Positions 37,310-49,306 of a stretch of 64,000 nucleotides of DNA are shown here, piece by piece. This stretch comes from Leucoraja ocellata. Taxonomy: Eukaryota. Within the stretch, counting starts at the first letter, position 1, and each line of letters begins with the position of its first letter. The notes under the pieces are model-generated. The model had not been told where the DNA came from, did not search any database, and saw nothing but the letters and a program-made list of their open reading frames with translations. The DNA lies in assembly GCA_036785375.1 (NCBI GenBank), contig JAWMAR010000242.1, forward strand, positions 558,001 through 622,000, written 5' to 3'. The translations under genes were made by a program, and so were the position numbers.

Positions 37310-37377
37310 GGTATTTGACATGGTATGTTTCACTGTGTATACTGGATGGCACAGCGGTTCCCACCAATACAAAAACA
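37310..37377 (+). other. IGHD: D2 segment TATACTGGATGG (37338-37349) with 12-RSS on both sides
   Basis: GGTATTTGA-12-CACTGTG | D | CACAGCG-12-ACAAAAACA. Confidence 0.94.
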
Positions 37378-37705
37378 TCCACAACCCATAATACGGTGGT
37401 CTGGGCCAGTATATGATATTTTCAATTCAATATTTCATACAACAGGAGCATAAACATGTCCAGGAATATTTTCGCACATTTTGTTGTATAGGTAACTTGA
37501 AGTAATTTGTATTTTATATGTAGATAATTCTTATCGCATTTCACTGCCCTGTTTAATACACGGAGCCGTGGTATCTGATTATTGTTGAAAATTATTTATT
37601 TAACGCATTTATTATTTTCAAAGAGCAATAAGTCAATTCGCCTTCGATGTGAAATACGAATAATTACAGGAATGTTGTTCTTTTTTGCCTACCTTGTGCA
37701 GATCA

Positions 37706-37744
37706 TGTTATTGTGTGAGGAAGCCCATAGAATGTAACACTGTG
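37706..37744 (+). other. J 5' recombination signal sequence (23-bp spacer)
   Basis: TGTTATTGT 37706-37714, 23 nt, CACTGTG 37738-37744. Confidence 0.9.
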
Positions 37745-37792
37745 ACTATCTTGACTACTGGGGAGGAGGCACCATGTTGACGGTAACCAACG
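37745..37792 (+). CDS. IGHJ: JH segment (YLDYWGGGTMLTVTN)
   Basis: WGXG motif; phase-1 donor G|GTAAG at 37793. Confidence 0.96.
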
Positions 37793-39840
37793 GTAAGAAA
37801 CTTCATCATATTCAGTATCTAGATGTATCCAGTTGTAATTTTACTCGATATTTCCAATAATTATATTAAATTGTTCTTCTACATTAATGACCCATTCATT
37901 GCAATGTTGGATCGATGTTGCTTTAGAATGTTATGTGATTCCGCTGCAGTGATACTCAGTATTTAAACTTGCCTTGTGTGCTATGACTTTCGATCCTTTG
38001 ACTATGAAACGGTTTCGGTTTAAGTTCATAATTAGTGGGAAAATGTGCATCAATTTGCTTTCACTAGGCTTTCTAATTGTTTGAGATTGTTGTGGTCCTT
38101 GATCTGCGATGCATCGAACTGTATTTTATGATCGACAGCAGGTACTTTGTCTCAGTTTGTTTCTTCTCAGCGCATATGAAACAAACGACAGAAACGGATA
38201 AATCCTGGGTGTAAAATGTTCAAGTGTTTAAAGTGTATGTATTAATTGGTGGAATCACCTTGCCAACTTTAATCCAATCGCTAACAAAACTTGCATGGAA
38301 GAAGTAAAATGTTCTTGCAGCAAAACACAGACTGCAAGGTTCAGCGTCAGTTATATATCTTGAAGTACAATGAATAGGGAGGAACTGTGGATGCTGATTT
38401 ATGTTGCCGATTGACACAAAGCTGGAGTAACTCTGCTTCTCCCGCTGAGTTACTCCAACTTTTTTTGTCTATCTTGAAGTACAATGAGTTGGCCATGTGA
38501 ACCAATGATACAGCAAAGCTAAGAAAGCAAAGTCCGTGAAACGCGATCTACAGAATGACAATGTACCGGGTGTAATAGGGGACAGAGGAACTAGCGTGAC
38601 GGAGGAACTGAATGAAATTCACATTATATGGAAATGTTATCTATGTAATCCACGTGTATTGTGTTATTCCTCGTTATTTCAACAATGATTGGCTCGGTGG
38701 TCAATGGAACAATGAATTTCGGTGGTCTTTGGACAGAGATATTTGGATTTTTGTGAAGAGTTTCAGCAAATTTGTGTTAAGCGATTGATCCCATCTATCG
38801 GCGGTATGATTCAGTCGGTCATTGTGGGAGACGATATTTGGTGCATAATTGGACGTGTTTGTACGTTCCAGTCGATTGGCAGCGACCGGGTATTGCTGTT
38901 GTATGAAGTGTCCGATTCGGTTATTTCAATAAACGCAAAGAAGATATATGTTTAAAAATAAAAATAACAAGAAATTATTAGAAATCATAAATAGGAAGAG
39001 TAAATGTTGCAAACACCTAGAGGGTCACGCAGCCTGTGGCGAAAGACAAATCCCATAGAGGGGAGTCGAATGACAGCTGGTAGCGCCAGAGACACGACTT
39101 CGTTCCTGAAATCAGGTGCAGACTGAGAACTGTGCGTTCTCCCTGCGGTTTGTTACTGGTTCTCTGCTTTCCTCCCACAACCCAAAAGAGTGCAGGTTTG
39201 CAGGTTAATTGACCCGGGTGATTGACCCGGGTGGGTCGGGGGTGCGATAACGTGGAACTTGTGTGTCGCCGTGGATTTGGTTGGCAGAAGGATCTATTTC
39301 TATGCTATATCTCTAATCGAAACCGAATTCGCCATGGTTTATTCTCCCAACGATAGTCGACCTGGCAAATGCTTGCTTTCCTCTTTCCACAAATGCTGCC
39401 TAACCCAATGACACATTTCTCTGTTTTATGTCAAAGATCACGAGTTTTCCCATTTGGAAAATGCGTTGAATGTAAAACGGGGAGATTTCGGAACAGCTGC
39501 AGTTCTTGAATAATTTGTAATCCGTGGATTTATTAGAAAGAGAATTTGAATTCGTGTTTGGCTATGGGCCCCAATGTCATTTAAACACAATGTTCCTCCA
39601 TTTACTGAATTGCTAATGAAAAATGTCCGATTTACGAATAGTTGTGGTAAAAAAAATGAGAGATTGGGAAAAATGGAATGTTGGAAACTGAATTTTCTTT
39701 GCTAATTTAGACAATAGAGGCCATTCGGTCCTTCGAGCTAGTACCGCCATTTAATGTGATGGCTGATCTTCCCTAATTAGTCCCCTTTCCTGCCTTCTCT
39801 CCATATCCCCTGACTCCGCTATCTTAATTTTAATTACAAA

Positions 39841-41130
39841 ACAGGGTATCCCATTAATCATTGAACAGAGTGCGAATTGAAATCCATGGCTTAAAGGAGG
39901 GTTTGAGTGGCGTTCAAATTTACATTTGCATTTATTTAATTAAGACATTGATTTAGCAACATTGTGCATTTTCACTATTATAAGTAGACTTCCTCTATGT
40001 GAATGAAAGCCTTTTCCTGTTAAAGTCACGAAGCAAACTCAGATATGTTTTAATAGATTGCAGGTTATAATTTATAATTGGTATATTTTATATTCGTTTC
40101 CTATCGGACAGTGATACAATGTTTACAATGATACAAACCCGGCTGAAGAAGGGTTTTGTCCCGAAACGTTGCCATTTTCCTTCGCTCCGTAGATGCTGCT
40201 GCACCCGCTGAGTTTCTCCAGCTTTTTTGTGTACCTTCGATTTTCCAGCATCTGCAGTTCCTTCTTGAACACAGTGATACAATGTTAATCATTCGTTCTT
40301 CCGTGCCGATCACATTGTAAACGTAAACTCGTTTTAAAGATGCTGGAAACTGAACTGAATTGCATCAACATTAATTTTAATTGATTATTATTGATTTCAT
40401 TGAGGCAATGGTGTACACAGACAAACATTTGAAACATGTGCCAATTTATTTAATTACGAAGTATTAACATGTTCTTACAATTTATATGTTACATTTAGTT
40501 TCCAGAAGTTGTGGTACATAACCTTTATTAATTCAGATATTGTATTGAGGGAGTTCTTTTTAATCCTTACCAATGCAATCTCATACATGTTTTTAATCTG
40601 GTATGAATGTAATGTTCTTGCCGGCTGGTTTGCTTTTTGGAATGTCCTTGCAATTACGGTCGACATAGAAATGATCGGTATATTTTCGTGAGTGATGGGA
40701 CAACAAAATACAGTTAAAAAGTAACATTTGAAGTGTGTTATTTGTCGCTACCATTTCAATCCCATCCACCCCCTTAGTTGGTTCCGTTCGATGGACACAT
40801 TTAAGGCCAAATTACACGAACAAGATTGTGATTGTTTATTTTTTGTCTTCTCCCAAATTATGTTCGGGACCCGATGTGGAAACCACAGCCATCCTTCCAT
40901 TGTTTCTGATTTTATCGGATAATCTCTGAACCATTTATGCCAAAAACTCTTCCATCTTCCTTCAAATCAAAAGTTTAGCCACGGGCATTCTCAGTGGCCC
41001 AAGCGAAACCTGCCTAAATTATTTAATTTTAATTAAATAAATGCAAATGTAATTTTGAACGTCAGTCAAACCCTCGTTTGAACCATTGATTTCAATTCCC
41101 ACTCTGTTCACGGATTAGTGGGATAACTGT
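39841..41130. repeat. ~100-bp imperfect inverted repeat (arms 39841-39943 and 41029-41130), each arm with a perfect Ig octamer
   Basis: The reverse complement of the left arm aligns to the right arm (~85% by eye). ATTTGCAT 39924-39931 and ATGCAAAT 41041-41048. Confidence 0.85.
40124..40270 (+). mobile_element. Penelope-derived pLTR fragment in the J-C intron with a 16-bp flanking direct repeat
   Basis: ACAGTGATACAATGTT at 40108 and 40271; CTGAAGAAGGG…CCCGAAACGTT core. Confidence 0.8.
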
Positions 41131-41189
41131 TCGATTCAAATAGCAGAGAAAATGTTGTTTCCAACATTGCACATCATTTCACCAATTTT

Positions 41190-41660
41190 CATTTAGTTGG
41201 GTACACGGGACAACCCCTGACACAGACTGGCCGATTCCCCGAACTCTTCCTCTTGTTCCCATGCAGAACTCATCGACTTCATTGTCTACAAACTTTGACC
41301 GTACGATCAAATTCCCCGGGTCTATCCCCGACACATACCTCCCCTTTGTTGATCTCACCGTCTCCATCGCAGGAGATAGACTATCGACTGACGTAAATGA
41401 CAAATCTACGGACTCCCACAGCTATCAGGACTACACCTCTTCCAACCTTGCCTCCTGCAAAGATTCTATGGTCTATTCCCAAATTCATCCATCTCCGTGC
41501 AACTGCTCCCAAGATGAGTTGTTCCATACCAGGATATCCGAGGTCCTCATTCTTTAGGGAGCGGGAATTCTCCACTTTTACAATAGACGAGACTCTCACA
41601 CGTGTCTACACTGTATCCCGTAGATCCGCCCTTGCTCCATCATCCCCAGTCGCAACAAGG
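41190..41660 (+). mobile_element. Penelope-like RT thumb remnant in the J-C intron
   Basis: LPFVDLTV…LSTDV…TDSHSY.DYTSS..ASCKDS..YSQ. Confidence 0.75.
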
Positions 41661-41963
41661 AGTTTGGTGAGATTGTAACACATACGCCAACGTTAGTTAT
41701 AGCCATTGAGCATTCCTGAGAAATCCTGGGAATTTTACAGTACTTAATACTGGAGGCCTATCGATATATTTCCAACTCGAAATTGTGCGTACATTTGGCA
41801 GTAACTGCCAGATATTGGCACCCCAAGACATTTTCAGCCAATGTTTTCCAAGGTGGGATCAAGGCGGAATGATTAACTAATAGTGTGTGATACTCAGGTG
41901 AAGTTGCATGAAATAGACAAGAGAGAGAGAGAGTTTAACATTCATGTGGCCTTTGCTTTGCAG

Positions 41964-42260
41964 CGGCTCCATCCGCGCCCAGTCCCTTCATTCTCTTCAC
42001 CTGCGAGGATCAAGGCTCCGGTGATTCGTTCACCTATGGTTGTTTGGCGTTGGGCTATTCCCCAGCGGGCGCCCGTGTTTCTTGGAAGAAAGATGATACA
42101 CAACTGGGCGACGGAGTGAAGGACTATCCGGCAGTGTTCAATAAGTTGGGAACTTACACCCGGAGCAGCGAGTTAACCATCACCGCGGCGGTGGCAGCGG
42201 GAGGTGACATCTTCTGCGTGGTTCAGCACAACCACAACGAGTATAAAGTGAAAGTACCAG
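41964..42260 (+). CDS. IGHM: IgM CH1 exon (AAPSAPSPFILFTCEDQ...YGCLALGYSP...VSWKK...IFCVVQHNHNEYKVKVP)
   Basis: TTGCAG acceptor and GT donor at 42261. C1-set Cys/Trp/Cys plus the N-terminal Cys for the light-chain disulfide. Confidence 0.94.
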
Positions 42261-42309
42261 GTTTGTGTTGGGGTGCATCGCGAGGCCGAGGGTGGAGTTG
42301 AGAGTCGGG

Positions 42310-42725
42310 AGTCAAGAATGTTTTATTGTCATATGTCCCAGATAGAACATGCACACATACTCAAAACAAACAATAATAGTGCAATAATAATACAATAACT
42401 ATTGTAGTTCAGAGCATATGAGGTTGTAATGTTTAATAGCCTGATGGTTGTAGGGAAGAAGCTGTTCCTCAACCTGGACGTTAGTTTTCAGGCTCCTGTA
42501 CCTTCTTCCCGATGGCAGTGGTGAGATGAGTGTGTGGCCAGGATGGTGTGGGTCTCTGATGATGTTGGATGCCTTTTTGAGGCAGCGACTCCATTACATC
42601 CCTTTGATGATGGGAGGGGGGGGGGGGGGGGGCGAGCCGGTTATGGAATGGGCAAGGGTCACAACTTTTTGCAATCTTTTCTGCTCCTGGATGTTCAAGT
42701 TGCCGAACCAGGCCGTGATGCAATC
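42310..42725 (-). mobile_element. Rex1/Babar 3' fragment in the CH1-CH2 intron
   Basis: Reverse strand encodes AWFGN…HHPGH…GRRYRSL-like sequence and 3'UTR. Confidence 0.75.
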
Positions 42726-43588
42726 CATATAATTCGCGGGATTTGACAATTGAAGATAAGTACTTGACCTAATGTGCCCTGTTCGGTTTTATTCTTCATG
42801 TCATACTGAATGTCGAACGCTCATCTGAGCTCCACGATCCACCTGGTCAAAGACAGACAATTCATGTCTATATAGGGATGTGTAAGTGTAGCTGCATCCA
42901 CAGATGTGATGTAACATCTGGAACACGGATGAAACTCTATTCCAAACTTAACCACCAAAGACCAAAAACACTTAAACCACCCGCCACATTATTCCAGCCC
43001 TTTGCTTTTTTTTAAATCAAACAAAACGGTGAGGTGTGTTTCCAGGCACCGAGGGGCGAGAGCGATATTCATAATACCGAAGCGTTCTTGTGATGGAACG
43101 AAAGGCGGTGCTTCAAATATCGAGACAATTCACCACTCACAAAATCATAAAACACAAAAAAAAATACTTGTAGAGAGCTTGAAAAGAGTGCTGATCAATT
43201 TATTATCATCACCAGCGCGTCCATATAATTCGCGAGGAACTGATCTATACATAGATACGTTACATTTTAACTGGCGAACAATCGAAGCGGCTGAGTGCAT
43301 CATGTTGAGAACATTATCAAGAATATTAAAAGCGCAGACACAGTCACAGAGGACAAAAGCAGAAGTCGGCCCATTACATCCCTGTGACAACGACACCGAA
43401 CTATAAGTTCCCCATTTACGAGCACTCGATGTACCATGATAAACAAAGAATTTAGTAGCATCTCGGGAAGTCCAAGTGAGTGGACGGCTACTTTTAATCA
43501 GAAAATGTGATTTTTTCTTTTGGTGAAAATATTGGGTGTCATTATTAATCGACGATGAGCAATTCCAATGAAGTTTATTTCCTTTCAG

Positions 43589-43906
43589 TCCGCGTGGTAT
43601 ATCATCCTACCGTCACCATTACCATAACTGCTCTTGATGAAATCAAGCGCAGCAGAAAAGCGATCGCCGTGTGTTTGGTCAACGATTTCACCCCAGCCAT
43701 ATTTACTGTGAACTGGCTGAAGAATGGAAAGCCATTGGATTCTGGCATCGTCACCTCTCCCGCCTTCCAGGTGAACGATACCGGTAACTTCTCGGCGACC
43801 AGCCAGTTGACATTCACAGCTGAAGAGTGGTTCGCAGATTTCGTCTATACCTGCCAAGTCAACCATGGAAACGATTTGACAAGCCAAAACATCAGTATGC
43901 CTTCAG
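43589..43906 (+). CDS. IGHM: IgM CH2 exon (VRVVYHPTVT...AVCLVNDFTP...VNWLKNGK...YTCQVNH...SMPS)
   Basis: TTTCAG acceptor, GTAAG donor, C1-set motifs; matches ORF 43555..43989. Confidence 0.95.
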
Positions 43907-44361
43907 GTAAGAAATACAACCGTGGTGTGTCTCGGGATATTAGTGTAAACATTAGCGCTCACGGTTGTTTTTTTATTTGTACCTATTAATACTTCTACCC
44001 CTCCCCCCCCCCCCCCCCCCCACCCCCCACCCAGACTCTCAGTCTAAAGGAGGGTCTCGACCAGAAACAGCATGTATTCATTTTCTGCAGAGATGGTGCC
44101 TGACCCGCTGAGTTACAGTACTCCAGCTCTGCGTGTCTAGCGTGGTATAGCCCATGATGCGACCTCTCATTTCATTTAGTGTGTCGTTCTCTGCACAGAG
44201 ACAAAAGTCAGTTCATGACGATTTAGGACCCATGTTCCCAGAATCACTAATCAGAAGGGGTCATGTACACATTCAAGTTTTGGGGGCGGATGATTGGTGT
44301 AAACCTTCGATCCCGGTTACTCCTGCAAATGCTTATGTTCACATTCATTATTGTGCCACAG

Positions 44362-44664
44362 ATGTTGATTCCTGCGACAAACTGATTATTAAAATCCTTC
44401 CACCACAAGTTGAACAAGAGTTAATGGAGATGACCGTGACGTTAACCTGTCTGGTATCCGATGCACCTTATGGTATCACAGTATCTTGGAAACGTGGGAA
44501 TGTACCTTTGGTATCATACATCCAGCCCACAGGAAATGCAGATATCGTACAGAGCAAAGTCAACATTTCGACTCAAGACTGGCTGAGTGGGGATTATTTC
44601 GAATGCGCGGTGAGCCATGGTAATATGCCAAAGCCAAAAACTGAACGAATCAACTGGAAGAAAG
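44362..44664 (+). CDS. IGHM: IgM CH3 exon (DVDSCDKLIIKILPP...LTCLVSDAPYG...VSWKR...FECAVSH...WKK)
   Basis: CACAG acceptor, GTGAG donor, C1-set motifs and an extra N-terminal Cys (likely inter-H-chain). Confidence 0.95.
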
Positions 44665-45770
44665 GTGAGCCGGTGTGGGCCAGAGGTGACTGGTGCACTT
44701 TTCTTCTGAGATAAAGCTAAAATAAATGATTGAGATCACTCCGTCGGCGAAGCAATATCTATGCAAAATGAAATAGTGCTAAGACTTCACTGATCAGAGA
44801 TGGAAAAGAGAGAATACGAGATGACTTTGCATGAAATGAATGTTGTAACTTGCAGGGATATGGGTTTGCCTACCAAATTACCATGTGGTGATGGTGTCAG
44901 TAGATCGCAGATACTCTCGAGTTGCAGAAATGCCCGTTTCTGAGCTAGGCACATGAAACGAGTTATTCGAAAAAAAACAAAAACCTTCAAATGCCGTATA
45001 TCGGAAAGACGTCAACTTAATGCAGAACATTTAATATTGGCTCCAATGGTCTGCATCTACACAAACGATCGGAGGAATGCCATTCTGAAAGCTTGCCATA
45101 GGGATTAGATATAACACCGAGGAAGACCGCAGACAAAGAGCCTAGAAGTGTTTTGTTTTCCATTTTGCTTGTATTGTCCAGGTCAAAATGGCCATTTCCA
45201 AATTCCCTTTTTACTCTCAACTCCGTCCAACATTATCTCTGTAACTTAAGAATGGGTCATTTCCCCCACGTCATACAAAGGCATCTCTTTTTGCGTACAC
45301 ACTGTCTGACGTGCTCTTTGTTTCCTGCGACCCCTGAATTCATTTTACAATTCCATCATTTGCATCGATTTCGAAAACGCACTTCACAAAGCATCACCTT
45401 GTACGCTCAGCATTCTCCGCTGGCATCCACTAACTACTCCTGCCATGGGTTTGATAACGTCTCATTCAACTGCATTTAGCAATAAATGACAAAAGGAGCA
45501 GAGTCAACCATGGCCATCAGAAATAACATGGATCAGAGAGGGCGCTTGGCTTGATCTTGTGTTGTGAGTGTGTGAAGTGATTCATACAAATCTTCTGCCG
45601 TGCACAGGAGAGACGCACATTCAGGTGTATATGTCTGAACAAAGAGACAAGTCACAAAAGGGGAATGCAATGCCGTTAATACTGTCGGTTGGCAGTTTAC
45701 TCACGGATATATTAGCTTTTAATCGCTTTAACCATCTTGTATAATAAACGCAATTTCAATTGTTCCCTAG

Positions 45771-46162
45771 GTCAACATCTGCTGCCACCTTCCGTCTCAG
45801 TCCTTCTGCCGCCGACAGAAGAAATCTCCGCCCACAAGACTATCACCCTCACCTGCTTCGTGAGAGGATTCTCCCCTCGCAGGGTCTTCGTCACGTGGAC
45901 ACTTGATGACAAGCGGGTGGATAAGAGCAAGTACAAGAACACCGAGGTGGAGGCGGAGAACGGCAATGATACCTTCTTCACATACAGCCTGTTATCCGTT
46001 GGGGCAGAGGAGTGGGCTAGCGGAGCCTCCTTCTCCTGTCTAGTGGGGCACGAAGCACTCCCCATGAAGACCATCGTCAGAACGGTCAATAAGTCCAGCG
46101 GTAAACCCAGTTTTGTCAACGTTTCCCTTGTATTAATGGACACTGTCAATTCCTGTCAATGA
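45771..46162 (+). CDS. IGHM: IgM CH4 exon plus secretory tailpiece (…[25 protein letters not shown])
   Basis: CCCTAG acceptor and C1-set motifs. Internal donor G|GTAAA at 46101 for the membrane splice. Tailpiece has an NVS sequon and a penultimate Cys; TGA ends at 46162. Confidence 0.96.
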
Positions 46163-46189
46163 GAATGAATTAGTTTCAAATTCCTCTGA

Positions 46190-46205
46190 AATAAATGCTA
46201 ATAAA
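46190..46205 (+). terminator. Tandem poly(A) signals of the secretory mu transcript
   Basis: AATAAA at 46190 and 46200, about 30-40 nt after the stop. Confidence 0.8.
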
Positions 46206-47569
46206 TATCTTTAACCTCCAATCTTGAGCTGAACACGTGGCCACCCAATTAATTATATAAAACATTCTGTCAAAACGATGACTATATTAACGTTGATACT
46301 TGAAAATATTGGCGACAATTTACTGAAAACGCATGTAGACGGCACAGTAACGTCGGGGTTTTGGAGATAAGTCACAGCTGCACCACTGCACGCATCGCGG
46401 ACACACTTCAACATTATCGCTCTTGCTGNNNNNNNNNNNNNNNNNNNNNNNNNNNNNNNNNNNNNNNNNNNNNNNNNNNNNNNNNNNNNNNNNNNNNNNN
46501 NNNNNNNNNNNNNNNNNNNNNNNNNNNNNNNNNNNNNNNNNNNNNNNNNNNNNNNNNNNNNNNNNNNNNNNNNNNNNNNNNNNNNNNNNNNNNNNNNNNN
46601 NNNNNNNNNNNNNNNNNNNNNNNNNNNNNNNNNNNNNNNNNNNNNNNNNNNNNNNNNNNNNNNNNNNNNNNNNNNNNNNNNNNNNNNNNNNNNNNNNNNN
46701 NNNNNNNNNNNNNNNNNNNNNNNNNNNNNNNNNNNNNNNNNNNNNNNNNNNNNNNNNNNNNNNNNNNNNNNNNNNNNNNNNNNNNNNNNNNNNNNNNNNN
46801 NNNNNNNNNNNNNNNNNNNNNNNNNNNNNNNNNNNNNNNNNNNNNNNNNNNNNNNNNNNNNNNNNNNNNNNNNNNNNNNNNNNNNNNNNNNNNNNNNNNN
46901 NNNNNNNNNNNNNNNNNNNNNNNNNNNNNNNNNNNNNNNNNNNNNNNNNNNNNNNNNNNNNNNNNNNNNNNNNNNNNNNNNNNNNNNNNNNNNNNNNNNN
47001 NTGAGAGAGGAAGATCCATATATTAATGATAAGAGAATGTAATGGCTCTTTTGATGCACATGATGCTGAATGTGTTCAGGAGCGTAGAGAAGAAACAGCC
47101 GATAGCAACTCAATGAAAGCAACGTAATGCTAAGTACAACTATGTGGAACGTAAAGAACAAGAATAGAGTGTCACCATTAGAGATTGTTCCCATGAAGTG
47201 GGCCATTTAACTCCGGCTTCAGAATGCTGTGGCGTTCAGTTATTAAACGGGCATCACAATGTGTGCAGGCGATTGATGGGATAACCGCTATGAGTGGCTC
47301 GTGAGAACACAAACTTAGATCCAAATATCAGATGCGGCTCGAGCATTAGACAAGGCCACGTCCGTTTCCAGTTCTCCCCCTGATGTACACGAAGCTTACT
47401 CACCACAAAACATCAGCAAGCGCACACAAATAAAATCATTTATGGGGTCGCATAGAAACATACATAAAACGCAATTAACGACATGCTTACCCCATAGCAC
47501 ATGGACATCCACCTAAACACACCAGCAATCAAACATTCATTGAAATGCAAAATAATAGGAACGGTTAGC

Positions 47570-48003
47570 TAAACCATATAAACCATATAACAATTACAGC
47601 ACGGAAACAGGCCATCTCGACCCTTCTAGTCCGTGCCGAACACGTATTCTCCCTAGTCCCATACACCTGCGTTCAGACCATAACCCTCCATACCTTTCCC
47701 GTCCATATAACTATCCAATTTATTTTTAAATGATAAAAACGAACCTGCCTCCACCACCTTCACTGGAAGCTCATTCCACACAGCCACCACTCTCTGAGTA
47801 AAAAAGTTCCCCCTCATGTTACCCCTAAACTTCTGTCCTTTAATTCTCAAGTCATGTCCCCTTGTTTGAATCTTCCCTACTCTCAGTGGGAAAAGCTTAT
47901 CCACGTCAACTCTGTCTATCCCTCTCATCATTTTAAAAACCTCTATCAAGTCCCCCCTTAACCTTCTGCGCTCCAAAGAATAAAGCCCTAACTTGTTCAA
48001 CCT
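47570..48003 (-). mobile_element. Young CR1 subfamily 3' fragment in the CH4-TM intron (near-identical copy 55100-55665)
   Basis: ORFs 47653..48024 and 55177..55662 are nearly identical. Confidence 0.88.
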
Positions 48004-49044
48004 TGTAAAAGCGCATATTTGCACACAAAAAACACATTAATACAACACAAATGCATTTAGGCTCTCACTTTAATACCTATGGACTTTCAAAGCAAAATCC
48101 CTGTGTCAATAATACACGCTAGTAGATTTACTGGTTCATATTATATTTTTCTTCTGCTTAAATGCTGATTGATGTCGAAATAGANNNNNNNNNNNNNNNN
48201 NNNNNNNNNNNNNNNNNNNNNNNNNNNNNNNNNNNNNNNNNNNNNNNNNNNNNNNNNNNNNNNNNNNNNNNNNNNNNNNNNNNNNNNNNNNNNNNNNNNN
48301 NNNNNNNNNNNNNNNNNNNNNNNNNNNNNNNNNNNNNNNNNNNNNNNNNNNNNATGTTAGAATTTAGGCAAACTTATACATGATGATACACATCTAGCTA
48401 GTTACAGGCAAACGGAAGGGCCAATGAGACCATTTATCCAGTAGTTTTCCCCGCGTTCCTAAACACTAAGTATAACCGTAGATCATTCATGCTCCATATT
48501 TTACACTAGAAATATAATGCCTATCAAATGGTTCAAAGTTATATTTGTGTACACAAGCCTTCCTCCATCCCCTAACCGAAAACAGGATACATCAGCCAAC
48601 AGGGTTCTAATGTGGGAATTATGGCACATTATTGGGAGCCAATGTTTCCATTCAGTGAGTTCCTTCACCGAGCTCCGGTCACCATATCCAAATACAGGGT
48701 TATCTGATAACATTGTAAGCAATAACCAGCTCCAAGTGTTATACCATCCTGGTTAGTAACATATATTAATGGGAAGCGGACGGTTATAGAATGAGTAATG
48801 AATCCCAGAAATATGCAAACACATTGCTATCCCCAAACTATTCATAAACGGCTGTTTATTAGCAGCTGTGTCTACAAGTGGCCATGATTGTGGATACAAT
48901 TGTTGAGGATGGATGATCACCTCAATGTAAAAACAGCTCATAGGAAATTAATATCCCTAATATTAATATCCCTATTATTTTGGTAAATAATAAATACAAT
49001 AATTAGAATATATTGTGAACGTCTTCGCGTTCTGCTTTGCGTAG

Positions 49045-49172
49045 ATTACGCCGACAACGTTCCTCTAGAGGACTATGAGGAAGACAGAGACAATATCTGG
49101 ACAACCGCTTCCACATTCATTATCTTGTTCTTCCTGAGCATTTCCTACGGTGCTGCCGTAACTCTGGTGAAG
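49045..49172 (+). CDS. IGHM: IgM TM1 exon ([43 protein letters not shown])
   Basis: GCGTAG acceptor and GTGAGT donor. Acidic spacer plus the conserved antigen-receptor TM motif [13 protein letters not shown]...VT. Not in the ORF track. Confidence 0.95.
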
Positions 49173-49306
49173 GTGAGTCCATTGCACTTACTTTTCCACC
49201 TGATTGAAGAGTAGGGCAAAATAGCGATTGGCCTACTCATTGGATGTCCTGGCATCTTAGTCACAGACTGCTAATACACTTTCATATTCTCTCCCTCTCT
49301 TTACAG

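Noticed and set aside
41964-46162. IgW or IgNAR identity for the constant region
   Set aside because: Four C exons, CH1 light-chain Cys, mu-type tailpiece, two D segments and a conventional VH with full FR2/CDR2 all fit IgM.
46253-47206. Long ORFs spanning N-runs (also 31488-32204 and 48162-48383)
   Set aside because: Artefacts of assembly gaps.
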